A stretch of 61,024 bases of DNA. It comes from Patescibacteria group bacterium. GTDB lineage: Bacteria > Patescibacteriota > JAUYIX01 > JBHPHK01. The notes under the pieces are model-generated. The model did no database searches. It was given only the letters and a program-made list of their open reading frames with translations, and had not been told where the DNA came from. The stretch lies in NCBI GenBank assembly GCA_042569365.1, contig JBHPHK010000005.1, positions 1-61,024 of the forward strand, written 5' to 3'. Numbering within the stretch: the stretch's first letter is position 1; each line of letters starts with the position of its first letter. Below, piece by piece: positions 54,133-61,024 of the stretch. The position numbers were made by a program, and so were the translations under genes.

Positions 54133-55500
54133 CTAAATCGACGCCGGTATATTGGAACGGTTTTTATACTGTTCTTTGCGCCATTCTCTTCCCTGCCGCA
54201 CCAACAAATCTTTAGCCTGCAACGGATTGGCCATTAGATCCTTGACAGCATGCTCCATGTGCACGCCCTGACTTCCCTTTATCAAAACTGTGTCACCCGG
54301 CTGCAGATCATTTTGCAGGAGCTGCTCCACCTGGGTCGAGTTAGACACTGAAGCCACCTGTTCGATCGGCATTCCAACCTGCAAGGCTGCATCCGCTATT
54401 AGCTTGCCGCGGGCACCGACTGTGATCAATCGATTTGCGACCTGTGCCACTTTCTTACCAACCTCCTCGTGTCCCTCTTGTTCGTATTCTCCCAGCTCCA
54501 ACATATCTCCCAACACTGCGATCCTCTGACCCTTAACGGGCATGCTTCGTAAAACTTCCAGTGCCGCCAACGCAGACTGTGGAGCGGAATTATAAGTATC
54601 ATCGATAATCGTCGAGTCCTTCAAGCCTGCGATCAATGTTAAACGTCCTGGCACTGGCCGGTATTCCCCTAGGGCGCTGATACAATCTGCAATCGGCATC
54701 TCCAATGCAACGCCTACCGCAATGCCAGCCAGAGCTGCACTAGTTTGTGGCGCACCCAATGCCCTTGGCAAGAAAACAGGAACCTGGCGTTCATGACCAT
54801 AAGTCACATTAAACTGCAGTCCAGTCACTTGGCCACTGCGCTCTAGCTGCGCCATCTCGACATCGCGCGCAACAGCTTCAGTAAGCTCATTTGTAAAACG
54901 AATATCGCTTGCGTAAACATCTGCTCCCGCCGTTACTCCAAAAGATATTTTTTGCACCTCTACGGTTGAGCCGATTCTTTCCACAGCCTCATCATCAATA
55001 TTAAATATTGCTGTGCCATCTGCTTTGATATTGCGGACGATCGCGCTTTTCTCCTCGATGACTTTATCTATTGTTTTAAAATATTCCAGATGTGATGGAC
55101 CGATCGCCGTGATCACGGATACGTCCGGCGGAAAAAGCTTCGTCAAATAGTCAATATCACCCGGCCGATCTGCCGCCATTTCCAAGACTAGAACATCAGG
55201 GTATTCCTGGCGTTTTACTATCAAAGAAAGTGCGTTCACAAAATTTACAAACCACTTGATCAAGGAATTGCCCGCCTCTTGCCCGCCGACGATTGTCAGG
55301 GGCACGCCAATTTCGTTGTTATAGTTTTTCTTACTTTCCCAGACTTGATATTTTTTCCGTAAAACTAAAGCAATAACGTCTTTTGTGCTGGTCTTACCAA
55401 CACTCCCCGTGACCGCCACGATCTTGGGATTATATTTTTTCAGGACACGTTTGGCAAGCGGCACTAAAAGTTTGATGAGGAGAGTACGTTTTGAATTCAT
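54133..55500 (-). CDS. murF: UDP-MurNAc-tripeptide--D-alanyl-D-alanine ligase
   Basis: 455 aa with VAVTGSVGKTSTKD and NYNNEIGVPLT. Its start overlaps the ftsI stop (TAATG). Confidence 0.9.
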   Translation of the reverse strand: MNSKRTLLIKLLVPLAKRVLKKYNPKIVAVTGSVGKTSTKDVIALVLRKKYQVWESKKNYNNEIGVPLTIVGGQEAGNSLIKWFVNFVNALSLIVKRQEYPDVLVLEMAADRPGDIDYLTKLFPPDVSVITAIGPSHLEYFKTIDKVIEEKSAIVRNIKADGTAIFNIDDEAVERIGSTVEVQKISFGVTAGADVYASDIRFTNELTEAVARDVEMAQLERSGQVTGLQFNVTYGHERQVPVFLPRALGAPQTSAALAGIAVGVALEMPIADCISALGEYRPVPGRLTLIAGLKDSTIIDDTYNSAPQSALAALEVLRSMPVKGQRIAVLGDMLELGEYEQEGHEEVGKKVAQVANRLITVGARGKLIADAALQVGMPIEQVASVSNSTQVEQLLQNDLQPGDTVLIKGSQGVHMEHAVKDLMANPLQAKDLLVRQGREWRKEQYKNRSNIPASI

Positions 55501-57287
55501 TATTCTGTGGGTTTAATTTTAAGTTGACGTAAGATACCTTCAGCAATTTTACTGAAAGTTGGCGCAGCAGTGTCTGCCGCATAGCGCCGTTTTGGTTCTG
55601 TAAATTTAATTATCATGACAAATTGTGGATCTTCAAAAGGTCCAAAACCTACGAAGGTGTGATTGAACTTCGTATTCGAATAGCGGCCAGTTTCCTTGTC
55701 TGTAATCTGCGCGGTACCGGTCTTGCCACCCAAGCGATAACCCGCAACCTTAGCCTTGTTAGCCACTCCGTTCTCAATCGAAGAAACTAGCATGGCAGAG
55801 GTTTGCCTGGCGGCTTTCGGCGAAATAGCATCGCCAATCACGCTTGGCTGGAACTCTTCGACAGTATCATCCTCTTTCCGAACTGCCTTCACAATTCTTG
55901 GCTGAATCAATTTGCCGCCGTTCACGATCGCTGAAAATGCTGTCGCCATATGCAATGGCGTTACCGCAAAACCTTGTCCATAAGCTGAGGTCACAAGGTC
56001 AACCGGCCCAAACTCTTCACGCACCTGAGGCGTAGCCTCTCCCGCTAGAGTAATCCCGGTCATGGCCGTTAAGCCGAAACGTTCCAAATATTTTCGCATG
56101 TTTTCGCCGCCTAATTGCTGGGCAATCTTCGCTGCTCCAATGTTTGACGAATATTCTAAAACCTCAGTCGGTGTAATATTTCCGTGCGCTGCTCCATCAG
56201 AGTTGCTGATAGTATAACGGTCAATCTTCATTGAGCCGGAGTCTAAGACTGTGCTATCCGGCGTGATCAACTCTGCATCTAGCGCCGCAGCCACGACCAA
56301 AGGCTTTTGAATAGAGCCTGGCTCATAAATATCCGAGACTGCGTGGTTGCGGAAGTCGCCCGCTTCTTCTACTTTATTAAATTCGTTCGGGTCATAGTTT
56401 GGAAAGTTTGCCAGCGCCAGAATGTCTCCGGTATACGGCTGTATGACGATCGCCGTTGCGTCTGCGGCATCGTATGCGAGCCAAGCTTTACGCAATTCTC
56501 GTTCGACTATAAATTGAATGTCTCGATCAATCGTTAATATCAAATCATCGCCGTCTTGCGCAGGCTGGAAAGAACGATCGCCCACAGCAATCAGACGATT
56601 GCGGCTGTCTCTTTCTGTCTCCAGGAATCCTGACCTGCCTCGTAGCTGCTCCTCAAAATATTCCTCCAAACCGTAGCGTCCGATGCGGCGGTCATCCATA
56701 AAGCCAACAAAACCTACAATGTTTGAAGCTAAAGTATGCTCAGGATAGTAGCGCCATTCTTCCGGCTGTAGATACACCCCTGTAAATGTGCGTTCTTCAG
56801 GACTCAACTCCTGTTCCTGCATTATGCGTTCTGTAATCTTCTCAGAAATTTCAGGCCCTACCTGCTTTGCAATCGGTACATAAAGATCTTCAATGTCAGA
56901 TAAGTTTGTCTTCAACTCCTCTGCATCAACACTTAATAAAGGCGCTATAAAATCAACAACCGTATCAATGTTCTTGATCGACCCGCCATTATCTACTTCA
57001 CGTGGTATCGCATAGACTAGATCCAGCTTGCGGTTGGTCGCCAGTGAGAAATATTCATCATCTTCTACCTCAAGTAAAATCTGGCCACGACTTGGAATCA
57101 ACTGTTCAAAAATCTGGCGCTGCCCTTCCGCTAAAGCTAAATAATAATCATGCTGGATGATTTGGATATAAAATAATCTGACGACAACTATCGCTGTAAT
57201 AACGAAAAAAAAGCCTAGCACAAAGGTTATGCGGCCTAGCGAATTTTTCGCGTCTTTAATAGTTTTTTGGGAAGTGCGTAAGCTCAT
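55500..57287 (-). CDS. ftsI: Class B penicillin-binding protein (FtsI-type transpeptidase)
   Basis: 595 aa with an N-terminal TM segment, a PBP dimerisation domain, SIQK (SxxK), SSN and KTGTA. Confidence 0.9.
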   Translation of the reverse strand: MSLRTSQKTIKDAKNSLGRITFVLGFFFVITAIVVVRLFYIQIIQHDYYLALAEGQRQIFEQLIPSRGQILLEVEDDEYFSLATNRKLDLVYAIPREVDNGGSIKNIDTVVDFIAPLLSVDAEELKTNLSDIEDLYVPIAKQVGPEISEKITERIMQEQELSPEERTFTGVYLQPEEWRYYPEHTLASNIVGFVGFMDDRRIGRYGLEEYFEEQLRGRSGFLETERDSRNRLIAVGDRSFQPAQDGDDLILTIDRDIQFIVERELRKAWLAYDAADATAIVIQPYTGDILALANFPNYDPNEFNKVEEAGDFRNHAVSDIYEPGSIQKPLVVAAALDAELITPDSTVLDSGSMKIDRYTISNSDGAAHGNITPTEVLEYSSNIGAAKIAQQLGGENMRKYLERFGLTAMTGITLAGEATPQVREEFGPVDLVTSAYGQGFAVTPLHMATAFSAIVNGGKLIQPRIVKAVRKEDDTVEEFQPSVIGDAISPKAARQTSAMLVSSIENGVANKAKVAGYRLGGKTGTAQITDKETGRYSNTKFNHTFVGFGPFEDPQFVMIIKFTEPKRRYAADTAAPTFSKIAEGILRQLKIKPTE

Positions 57288-57337
57288 ATTATGTATGGAA
57301 GATTATACTTTACCGCACTCATTGAATAATGTCGAGC

Positions 57338-57697
57338 TTAACGAGACGCCACATTCGTCTGCGGAGCTTCCATATGCGTGAGCTGGGTTTTGGTCAAACT
57401 CATACCGGACGCCGCCTTTTCAATTGCGCGAATTGAAGACAATTCGCTGGCTTCGAGCTGGAGAGCTTTGTGTTGTTCCACCAAAACGTTTTTCTCGACC
57501 TCAAGCTCATCGATACGACTACCGAGATTCGATACGCTATTGGTCTGAATCAGATATAAAAGTGAAAAGATACAAAGCAAAGCCACAGTAAAAATAGATA
57601 GCGCCACGCGACCAAACGCGAGTTGCTTTTTTAATGTGCGCTTGCGCGTTCCGCTGAAAGCGACTGGTGATCTAGTGATAGTTAGTAGTCGTGCCAT
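57338..57697 (-). CDS. ftsL: FtsL-like cell division protein
   Basis: 119 aa with a single TM segment followed by a coiled coil (RIDELEVEKNVLVEQHKALQLEASEL). It sits between rsmH and ftsI. Confidence 0.55.
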   Translation of the reverse strand: MARLLTITRSPVAFSGTRKRTLKKQLAFGRVALSIFTVALLCIFSLLYLIQTNSVSNLGSRIDELEVEKNVLVEQHKALQLEASELSSIRAIEKAASGMSLTKTQLTHMEAPQTNVASR

Positions 57698-57707
57698 ATT
57701 TTTGTTT

Positions 57708-58721
57708 TTAGATTTTATGGGCGCTGCGCAATTTGGCGCTGCGAGCCCGTGGATTTAATTTTATTTCTTGACTAGTTGGCGTAAGTGGTTTTTTAGTAAT
57801 AATTTTTAAACTAGGTTTATGTTCACAATCACAGAGAGGAACTTCCGGCGGACAGATGCATTCCCGACTTTCTTTTCTAAAGAATTGTTTGACTGTCCGG
57901 TCTTCCAAAGAATGGAAACTAACGACAACGATTCGGCCATTTTCTTTCAAGACTTTTAGTGCTTGCTCTAGGCCTTGCTCAAGCTGACCTAGCTCATCAT
58001 TGACTGCGATGCGCAACGCCTGAAATATTTTAGTAGCAGGATCAATCTTGCTTTTCCCGCGCGGTATAATTTTCCCAATGAAGTCGTGCAGTTTGAGTGT
58101 GGTGTTTGGGACATTTGGCCGTGCCTCAACGATTGCCCTAGCAACCTTGCTCGCAAAACGCTCTTCGCCGTATTCCCTGAAAATCTGCGCCAAGACTTTT
58201 TCATCTAGACCTTTAAGTAACTCCAGCGCAGTAAAGTAGCTGGCGGTCCCTTCACGCTGCAGCTCATCTAAGCTGCGGATCCTACTCAAGCGCACCTGCG
58301 TTCCTTTGCGAGGAAACTTGCGAACCTTTTTTGTGAAAAGGCGCATGTCCAACGGAGCATCTGACTGAAACGATACGCCATGCTGGTTTCCGGAGAGCTG
58401 CCATGAAGAGATCCCAAGATCAAACACAACCGCATCAACTTTCTCGAGCTTTTCTTTCGCGACCAGGTCTTCAATGTCAGAAAATCTGGCACGACTCAAA
58501 ACAACACGCTCATCAATCTCCTCGTGCTCTTCCAAGTACTCCAGAGTGAAAGGATCTTGTTCCAAGCCATAAACCTTGCCGTGCGGCGCTATCGCCTGCA
58601 AGATCTGTTTGGTATATCCTCCCAATCCAAAAGTAGCGTCAATGACGGTATCGCCGGGCCTCAATTCAAGCTCAGCAATAACCTCGTCCATTAGGACTGG
58701 TTTGTGTAGCGGTTCATTCAT
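57708..58721 (-). CDS. rsmH: 16S rRNA (cytosine1402-N4)-methyltransferase
   Basis: 337 aa with HKPVLMDEV, DATFGLGGY and VVSFHSLEDR. Confidence 0.95.
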   Translation of the reverse strand: MNEPLHKPVLMDEVIAELELRPGDTVIDATFGLGGYTKQILQAIAPHGKVYGLEQDPFTLEYLEEHEEIDERVVLSRARFSDIEDLVAKEKLEKVDAVVFDLGISSWQLSGNQHGVSFQSDAPLDMRLFTKKVRKFPRKGTQVRLSRIRSLDELQREGTASYFTALELLKGLDEKVLAQIFREYGEERFASKVARAIVEARPNVPNTTLKLHDFIGKIIPRGKSKIDPATKIFQALRIAVNDELGQLEQGLEQALKVLKENGRIVVVSFHSLEDRTVKQFFRKESRECICPPEVPLCDCEHKPSLKIITKKPLTPTSQEIKLNPRARSAKLRSAHKI

Positions 58722-58842
58722 CCGCTTTAAGTGTTAGTCTCTTAATTTAAGAAGTGCATGCTACTCTCGCCATAATTCATTAGCGACAGTTAGCCATAGA
58801 TCACCTTCTGATATTTCAGAAACTGATTTATCGCTCTCCGTC

Positions 58843-59274
58843 TTACACTCCTAGCTCGCCAAGTTGCTCGGCAATTGCATTGGTATTGCCTTCAGTCTTT
58901 TCTTTAAAAGCCTGCCAACGATCCTCAGACCAGATCTCAATGCGATTATAAAGGCCGGCAATTACAGCTTTGCGATCGATAGCACTATATGTACGCAAGT
59001 ACTCCGGCAGGATAATTCGGCCCTGGCCGTCTAATTTCACATCCATAGCACCCGCCAGCATCAAGCGCGCAAAAGCGCGGGTGTTTGCTTGTGAAATTGG
59101 CAATGCTGCTAGTTTCTCCGCCAAGACTTTCCACTCTTTGGCGCTATATAGCACTAAACTACCGTCCAAACCTCTTGTTACGACAGCCCCCTGTTTTAGA
59201 TCTTTACGAAACTTAGTCGGCACCGCAATGCGACCTTTTTCGTCTACAGAATGGCTATATTCACCAATAAACAT
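58843..59274 (-). CDS. mraZ: Transcriptional regulator MraZ
   Basis: 143 aa with two SpoVT/AbrB-like halves (DEKGRIAVP and DGQGRIILP). Confidence 0.95.
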   Translation of the reverse strand: MFIGEYSHSVDEKGRIAVPTKFRKDLKQGAVVTRGLDGSLVLYSAKEWKVLAEKLAALPISQANTRAFARLMLAGAMDVKLDGQGRIILPEYLRTYSAIDRKAVIAGLYNRIEIWSEDRWQAFKEKTEGNTNAIAEQLGELGV

Positions 59275-59341
59275 ACTTATCTAGTTTTACTTTATCTTTT
59301 TGGCGTATAAACAACTTTAGAGGACACTTTATATAAAGTTA

Positions 59342-59378
59342 TCCACAATTCAGCCTACTATTCCCCACTTTTCTCCAC
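59342..59378 (-). promoter_or_regulatory. Candidate MraZ operator: four GTGG-type direct repeats
   Basis: On the minus strand: GTGGA-N5-GTGGG-N5-GTAGG-N7-GTGGA, with centre spacings of 10, 10 and 12 nt. It lies between the putative promoter and mraZ. Confidence 0.5.
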
Positions 59379-59396
59379 ATTTATCCTCTCTTCACC

Positions 59397-59424
59397 ATTA
59401 TATACCACTTGTCTGAAAAGTCAA
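59397..59424 (-). promoter_or_regulatory. Sigma70-type promoter of the mraZ operon
   Basis: On the minus strand: TTGACT (59419-59424), 16-nt spacer, TATAAT (59397-59402). Confidence 0.45.
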
Positions 59425-59428
59425 ACAT

Positions 59429-59465
59429 AAAAAACCGCTTATCCCCTTTTTTAGGAAATAAGCAG
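59429..59465 (-). terminator. Strong intrinsic terminator downstream of the 27-codon ORF
   Basis: On the minus strand: CTGCTTATTTCC pairs with GGGGATAAGCGG (12 bp including 3 G-U pairs, 7-nt loop), followed by TTTTTT. Confidence 0.7.
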
Positions 59466-59489
59466 CTAAACGCTTTTAGGAGATAGCGG

Positions 59490-59573
59490 CTATGAAATCT
59501 GTCCGTAGGCATCCTGGCTAATCACTTTTTTATGCCCAAGCAGATCAATCGCATGTCGTTCAGCCCCGCACAT
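59490..59573 (-). CDS. Unannotated 27-codon ORF (MCGAERHAIDLLGHKKVISQDAYGQIS)
   Basis: An SD AAGGAGAGG (59579-59587) lies 5 nt before ATG 59573. The ORF has its own promoter and terminator. It is below the 60-aa ORF-track cutoff. Confidence 0.35.
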   Translation of the reverse strand: MCGAERHAIDLLGHKKVISQDAYGQIS

Positions 59574-59610
59574 TTTATCCTCTCCTTATGTATATTATTG
59601 TTAACAGAAT

Positions 59611-59638
59611 ATACTATTCTACTACCAATTTTGGTCAA
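59611..59638 (-). promoter_or_regulatory. Sigma70-type promoter for the 27-codon ORF
   Basis: On the minus strand: TTGACC (59633-59638), 16-nt spacer, TAGTAT (59611-59616). Confidence 0.4.
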
Positions 59639-59643
59639 AATAA

Positions 59644-59676
59644 ATCACACTCCCCCATTTGCTAAAGAAGTGTGAT
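59644..59676 (-). terminator. Intrinsic terminator after the triple-repeat protein gene
   Basis: On the minus strand: ATCACACTTC pairs with GGAGTGTGAT, followed by TTATTTT. Confidence 0.55.
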
Positions 59677-59690
59677 CTATTTAAACAAAA

Positions 59691-60893
59691 TTAGATCTTG
59701 TAGGCTGTGAAAGCAAAAGCGTGGTCGTACAGCTCAATAAAGTCTGAAACGATTGTTGCTTTTGTAACATCGAACCATTCTCCGTTCGCCGGATCTACAA
59801 AGTTGAAGCGCCAACGATTAGCTACATCAGCCTCGACAGGTATTGTGAAGTCGATCTGCCACAATCCTGCTGAGATCAATGAAGTTGAGTCAGCCTGCAA
59901 TTTATAGACCTCGAAAGGAGCGCCCTCAGGACCATAGAAGTAGACATCCGTGAAACGAGGATCGAAGTCGCTACCAGTCAAGACCTTTAAGGTCAAAGCT
60001 GTTTCGCCTCCGAGTAGTTTCTGGACATCGCCTGGATCAGTGCTCTTATAATCAACAAATGCCAAGGCGTTTTCGTAAATTATTACCTTGTCGGTGTCGA
60101 TTACAAAGCGGTCAATAGAGATCCATGCTCCTGTGTTAGGGTCAACAAAACCGAAACGCCAGCGGGTCTCAACCTGAGCTTCAGTTGGGATATCATAAGT
60201 GATTTCCCACCAACCGTCAGAAAGATTCTGAGTGTCGGAAGCTACTAGTTGATAGATCGGCAAATAATCGCCCCATTCTGGAGTGAACAGATACATTTCT
60301 GTAAACATAGCATCTGTTTCGCTGCCAGTATTAACGCGGATTTTAATTTGCTGATCAGTGCCGGACAATATCTCATCAGTGAACAAAGGACCGCAATTGC
60401 CGGCCATACACTCACTGAATGCAAACGCGCTCTCATACAATTGAATTGCATCAGAGTCTAAGGTTACGCGGGTGTTATGTAGCCAGTCGCCCGTATTTGG
60501 ATCAACAAAGTTGAAAATCCAACGTTGTGCGAGGTACACATCAGATGGAATCTGATAAACAATTCTCCACCAACCCGGTTGTACCAAATATGTTTTGGTA
60601 GCATTCAAGTAATAAATCGGTAGTGTAGAACTGCCGTCACCATAGAAGCGTGCTTCAGTAAATTGAGGATCTGTGTCGCTGCCAGTATTAATAGTAAGCA
60701 CCAGTGCTTCTGTCGTACCAGCAAGGGTCTCACCCTGCGCAATTGACGGTACCACAAACCCACGAGGCAAGAACTGATCAATATCTATAGCCTTTTGAGC
60801 CTGAGTCGTTCCTTGGAAAAATACCGCTCCCATAGCCACAACAAGGGCTAAAGTAGTAGCTTTCAACCAAGTCTTTTTAAGGTTTAGACGCAT
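59691..60893 (-). CDS. Secreted protein built from three tandem ~120-aa repeats, function unknown
   Basis: 400 aa with a signal peptide (ATTLALVVAMGAVFFQGTTQA). Three copies carry the pattern TGS(D/E)xDxxFT(E/D)...Y(Y/Q/K)L...GWW(R/E)I...RW(I/R)F(N/G)FVDP(N/A)(T/N)G(D/A/E)W...(Y/I)(E/D)xAFAF. Confidence 0.6.
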   Translation of the reverse strand: MRLNLKKTWLKATTLALVVAMGAVFFQGTTQAQKAIDIDQFLPRGFVVPSIAQGETLAGTTEALVLTINTGSDTDPQFTEARFYGDGSSTLPIYYLNATKTYLVQPGWWRIVYQIPSDVYLAQRWIFNFVDPNTGDWLHNTRVTLDSDAIQLYESAFAFSECMAGNCGPLFTDEILSGTDQQIKIRVNTGSETDAMFTEMYLFTPEWGDYLPIYQLVASDTQNLSDGWWEITYDIPTEAQVETRWRFGFVDPNTGAWISIDRFVIDTDKVIIYENALAFVDYKSTDPGDVQKLLGGETALTLKVLTGSDFDPRFTDVYFYGPEGAPFEVYKLQADSTSLISAGLWQIDFTIPVEADVANRWRFNFVDPANGEWFDVTKATIVSDFIELYDHAFAFTAYKI

Positions 60894-60939
60894 ATAGTTA
60901 GTTATTTATTGTTTAGTTATCGATTAACTAAAGTAGTTA

Positions 60940-60969
60940 ACTATACCCTTAAAAGCAACTTTTTGTCAA
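60940..60969 (-). promoter_or_regulatory. Sigma70-type promoter for the triple-repeat protein gene
   Basis: On the minus strand: TTGACA (60964-60969), 18-nt spacer, TATAGT (60940-60945). Confidence 0.45.
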
Positions 60970-60993
60970 ATATTAGAGCCAACTTCAAAACAC

Positions 60994-61024
60994 AAAAAAA
61001 CGATAGTGGAAATTATCGTTTTTT
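60994..61024. terminator. Hairpin terminator at the window edge
   Basis: AAAAAAACGATA-GTGGAAAT-TATCGTTTTTT. The flanks are symmetric, so it could act in either direction. Confidence 0.65.

Noticed and set aside
58722-58842. 121-nt gap between mraZ and rsmH with a TTCTGA-TATT-TCAGAA hairpin and a 5-codon mini-ORF.
   Set aside because: The stem is only 6 bp with no T-run, and the mini-ORF is too short. This is probably ordinary intercistronic spacing.
59476-59514. Plus-strand mini-ORF (MKSVRRHPG) with AGGAG 9 nt upstream, antisense to the 27-codon ORF.
   Set aside because: It has only 9 codons, no promoter upstream on that strand, and it lies inside the better-supported minus-strand unit.
727-61024. 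Dozens of 60-180-aa ORFs in the supplied track lie antisense to, or in alternative frames of, the large genes. Examples are 1653-2189+, 4852-5319+, 10914-11231-, 16728-17171+, 34334-34663-, 34861-35250+, 45387-45887- and 48281-48691+.
   Set aside because: Each is fully nested in a longer ORF with clear family motifs. Their translations are low-complexity or Ser/Arg/Cys-rich, as is typical of off-frame reading. None has its own promoter or SD that I could see.
1-61024. CRISPR arrays, rRNA genes, IS elements, reverse transcriptase, retron or DGR components, and restriction-modification or toxin-antitoxin pairs.
   Set aside because: I saw no regularly spaced direct repeats, no rRNA-like stretches, and no transposase, integrase or RT motifs in any frame. 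The only patatin and P-loop genes lack the partner genes expected for known defence systems.

Overview
The 61-kb window is almost entirely coding, and about 50 of about 56 genes are on the minus strand. It uses the standard genetic code (TGA is used as a stop, for example at murG). Background GC is roughly 45-50% by hand counts, with three strongly AT-rich patches of about 22-32% GC. I found no rRNA, CRISPR array, transposase, integrase or reverse transcriptase.

Housekeeping content:
- hpf-secA-(AlkP-family enzyme)-secD-secF.
- A division/cell-wall (dcw) cluster that keeps canonical gene order but is split in two. One piece is mraZ-rsmH-ftsL-ftsI-murF at 54.1-59.3 kb. The other is mraY-murI-(Ca/Na antiporter)-(D-aminoacylase-like)-murD, then ftsW-murG-(patatin)-murC-murB, at 7.4-21.6 kb.
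- An opposite-strand pyrF-pyrE-pyrD trio inserted between ftsW and murD.
- aspS-scpA-scpB-rluB.
- hrcA-grpE-dnaK-dnaJ with a CIRCE operator.
- tRNA-Lys(UUU) and tRNA-Glu(CUC).

Accessory content at about 28-54 kb:
- A GGDEF protein, a DUF3048 protein and a P-loop protein with a degenerate Walker A.
- An HExxH protein next to tRNA-Lys.
- A FecR/FN3/PKD surface protein.
- Two multi-pass histidine kinases flanking an alpha-oxoamine synthase. No response regulator occurs anywhere in the window.
- A DUF2207 operon, an L,D-transpeptidase and an ABC-2 exporter.
- A 619-bp ORF-poor segment with a repeated motif, and a methyltransferase abutting tRNA-Glu.

The best candidate for an undescribed system is the kinase / alpha-oxoamine synthase / kinase locus at 40.5-46.2 kb. 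It has the gene logic of CqsA/CqsS- or LqsA/LqsS-type alpha-hydroxyketone signalling and sits on a sharp AT-rich compositional anomaly. Secondary candidates are:
- an unannotated 27-codon gene with its own promoter, strong SD and terminator just upstream of the mraZ promoter/operator;
- the repeat-bearing segment at 52.8-53.4 kb;
- non-canonical genes translationally coupled inside the dcw operons.

The organism is probably a small-genome monoderm-type lineage such as Patescibacteria/CPR. That is inference only. All protein calls rest on motif recognition by eye; no database search was possible.
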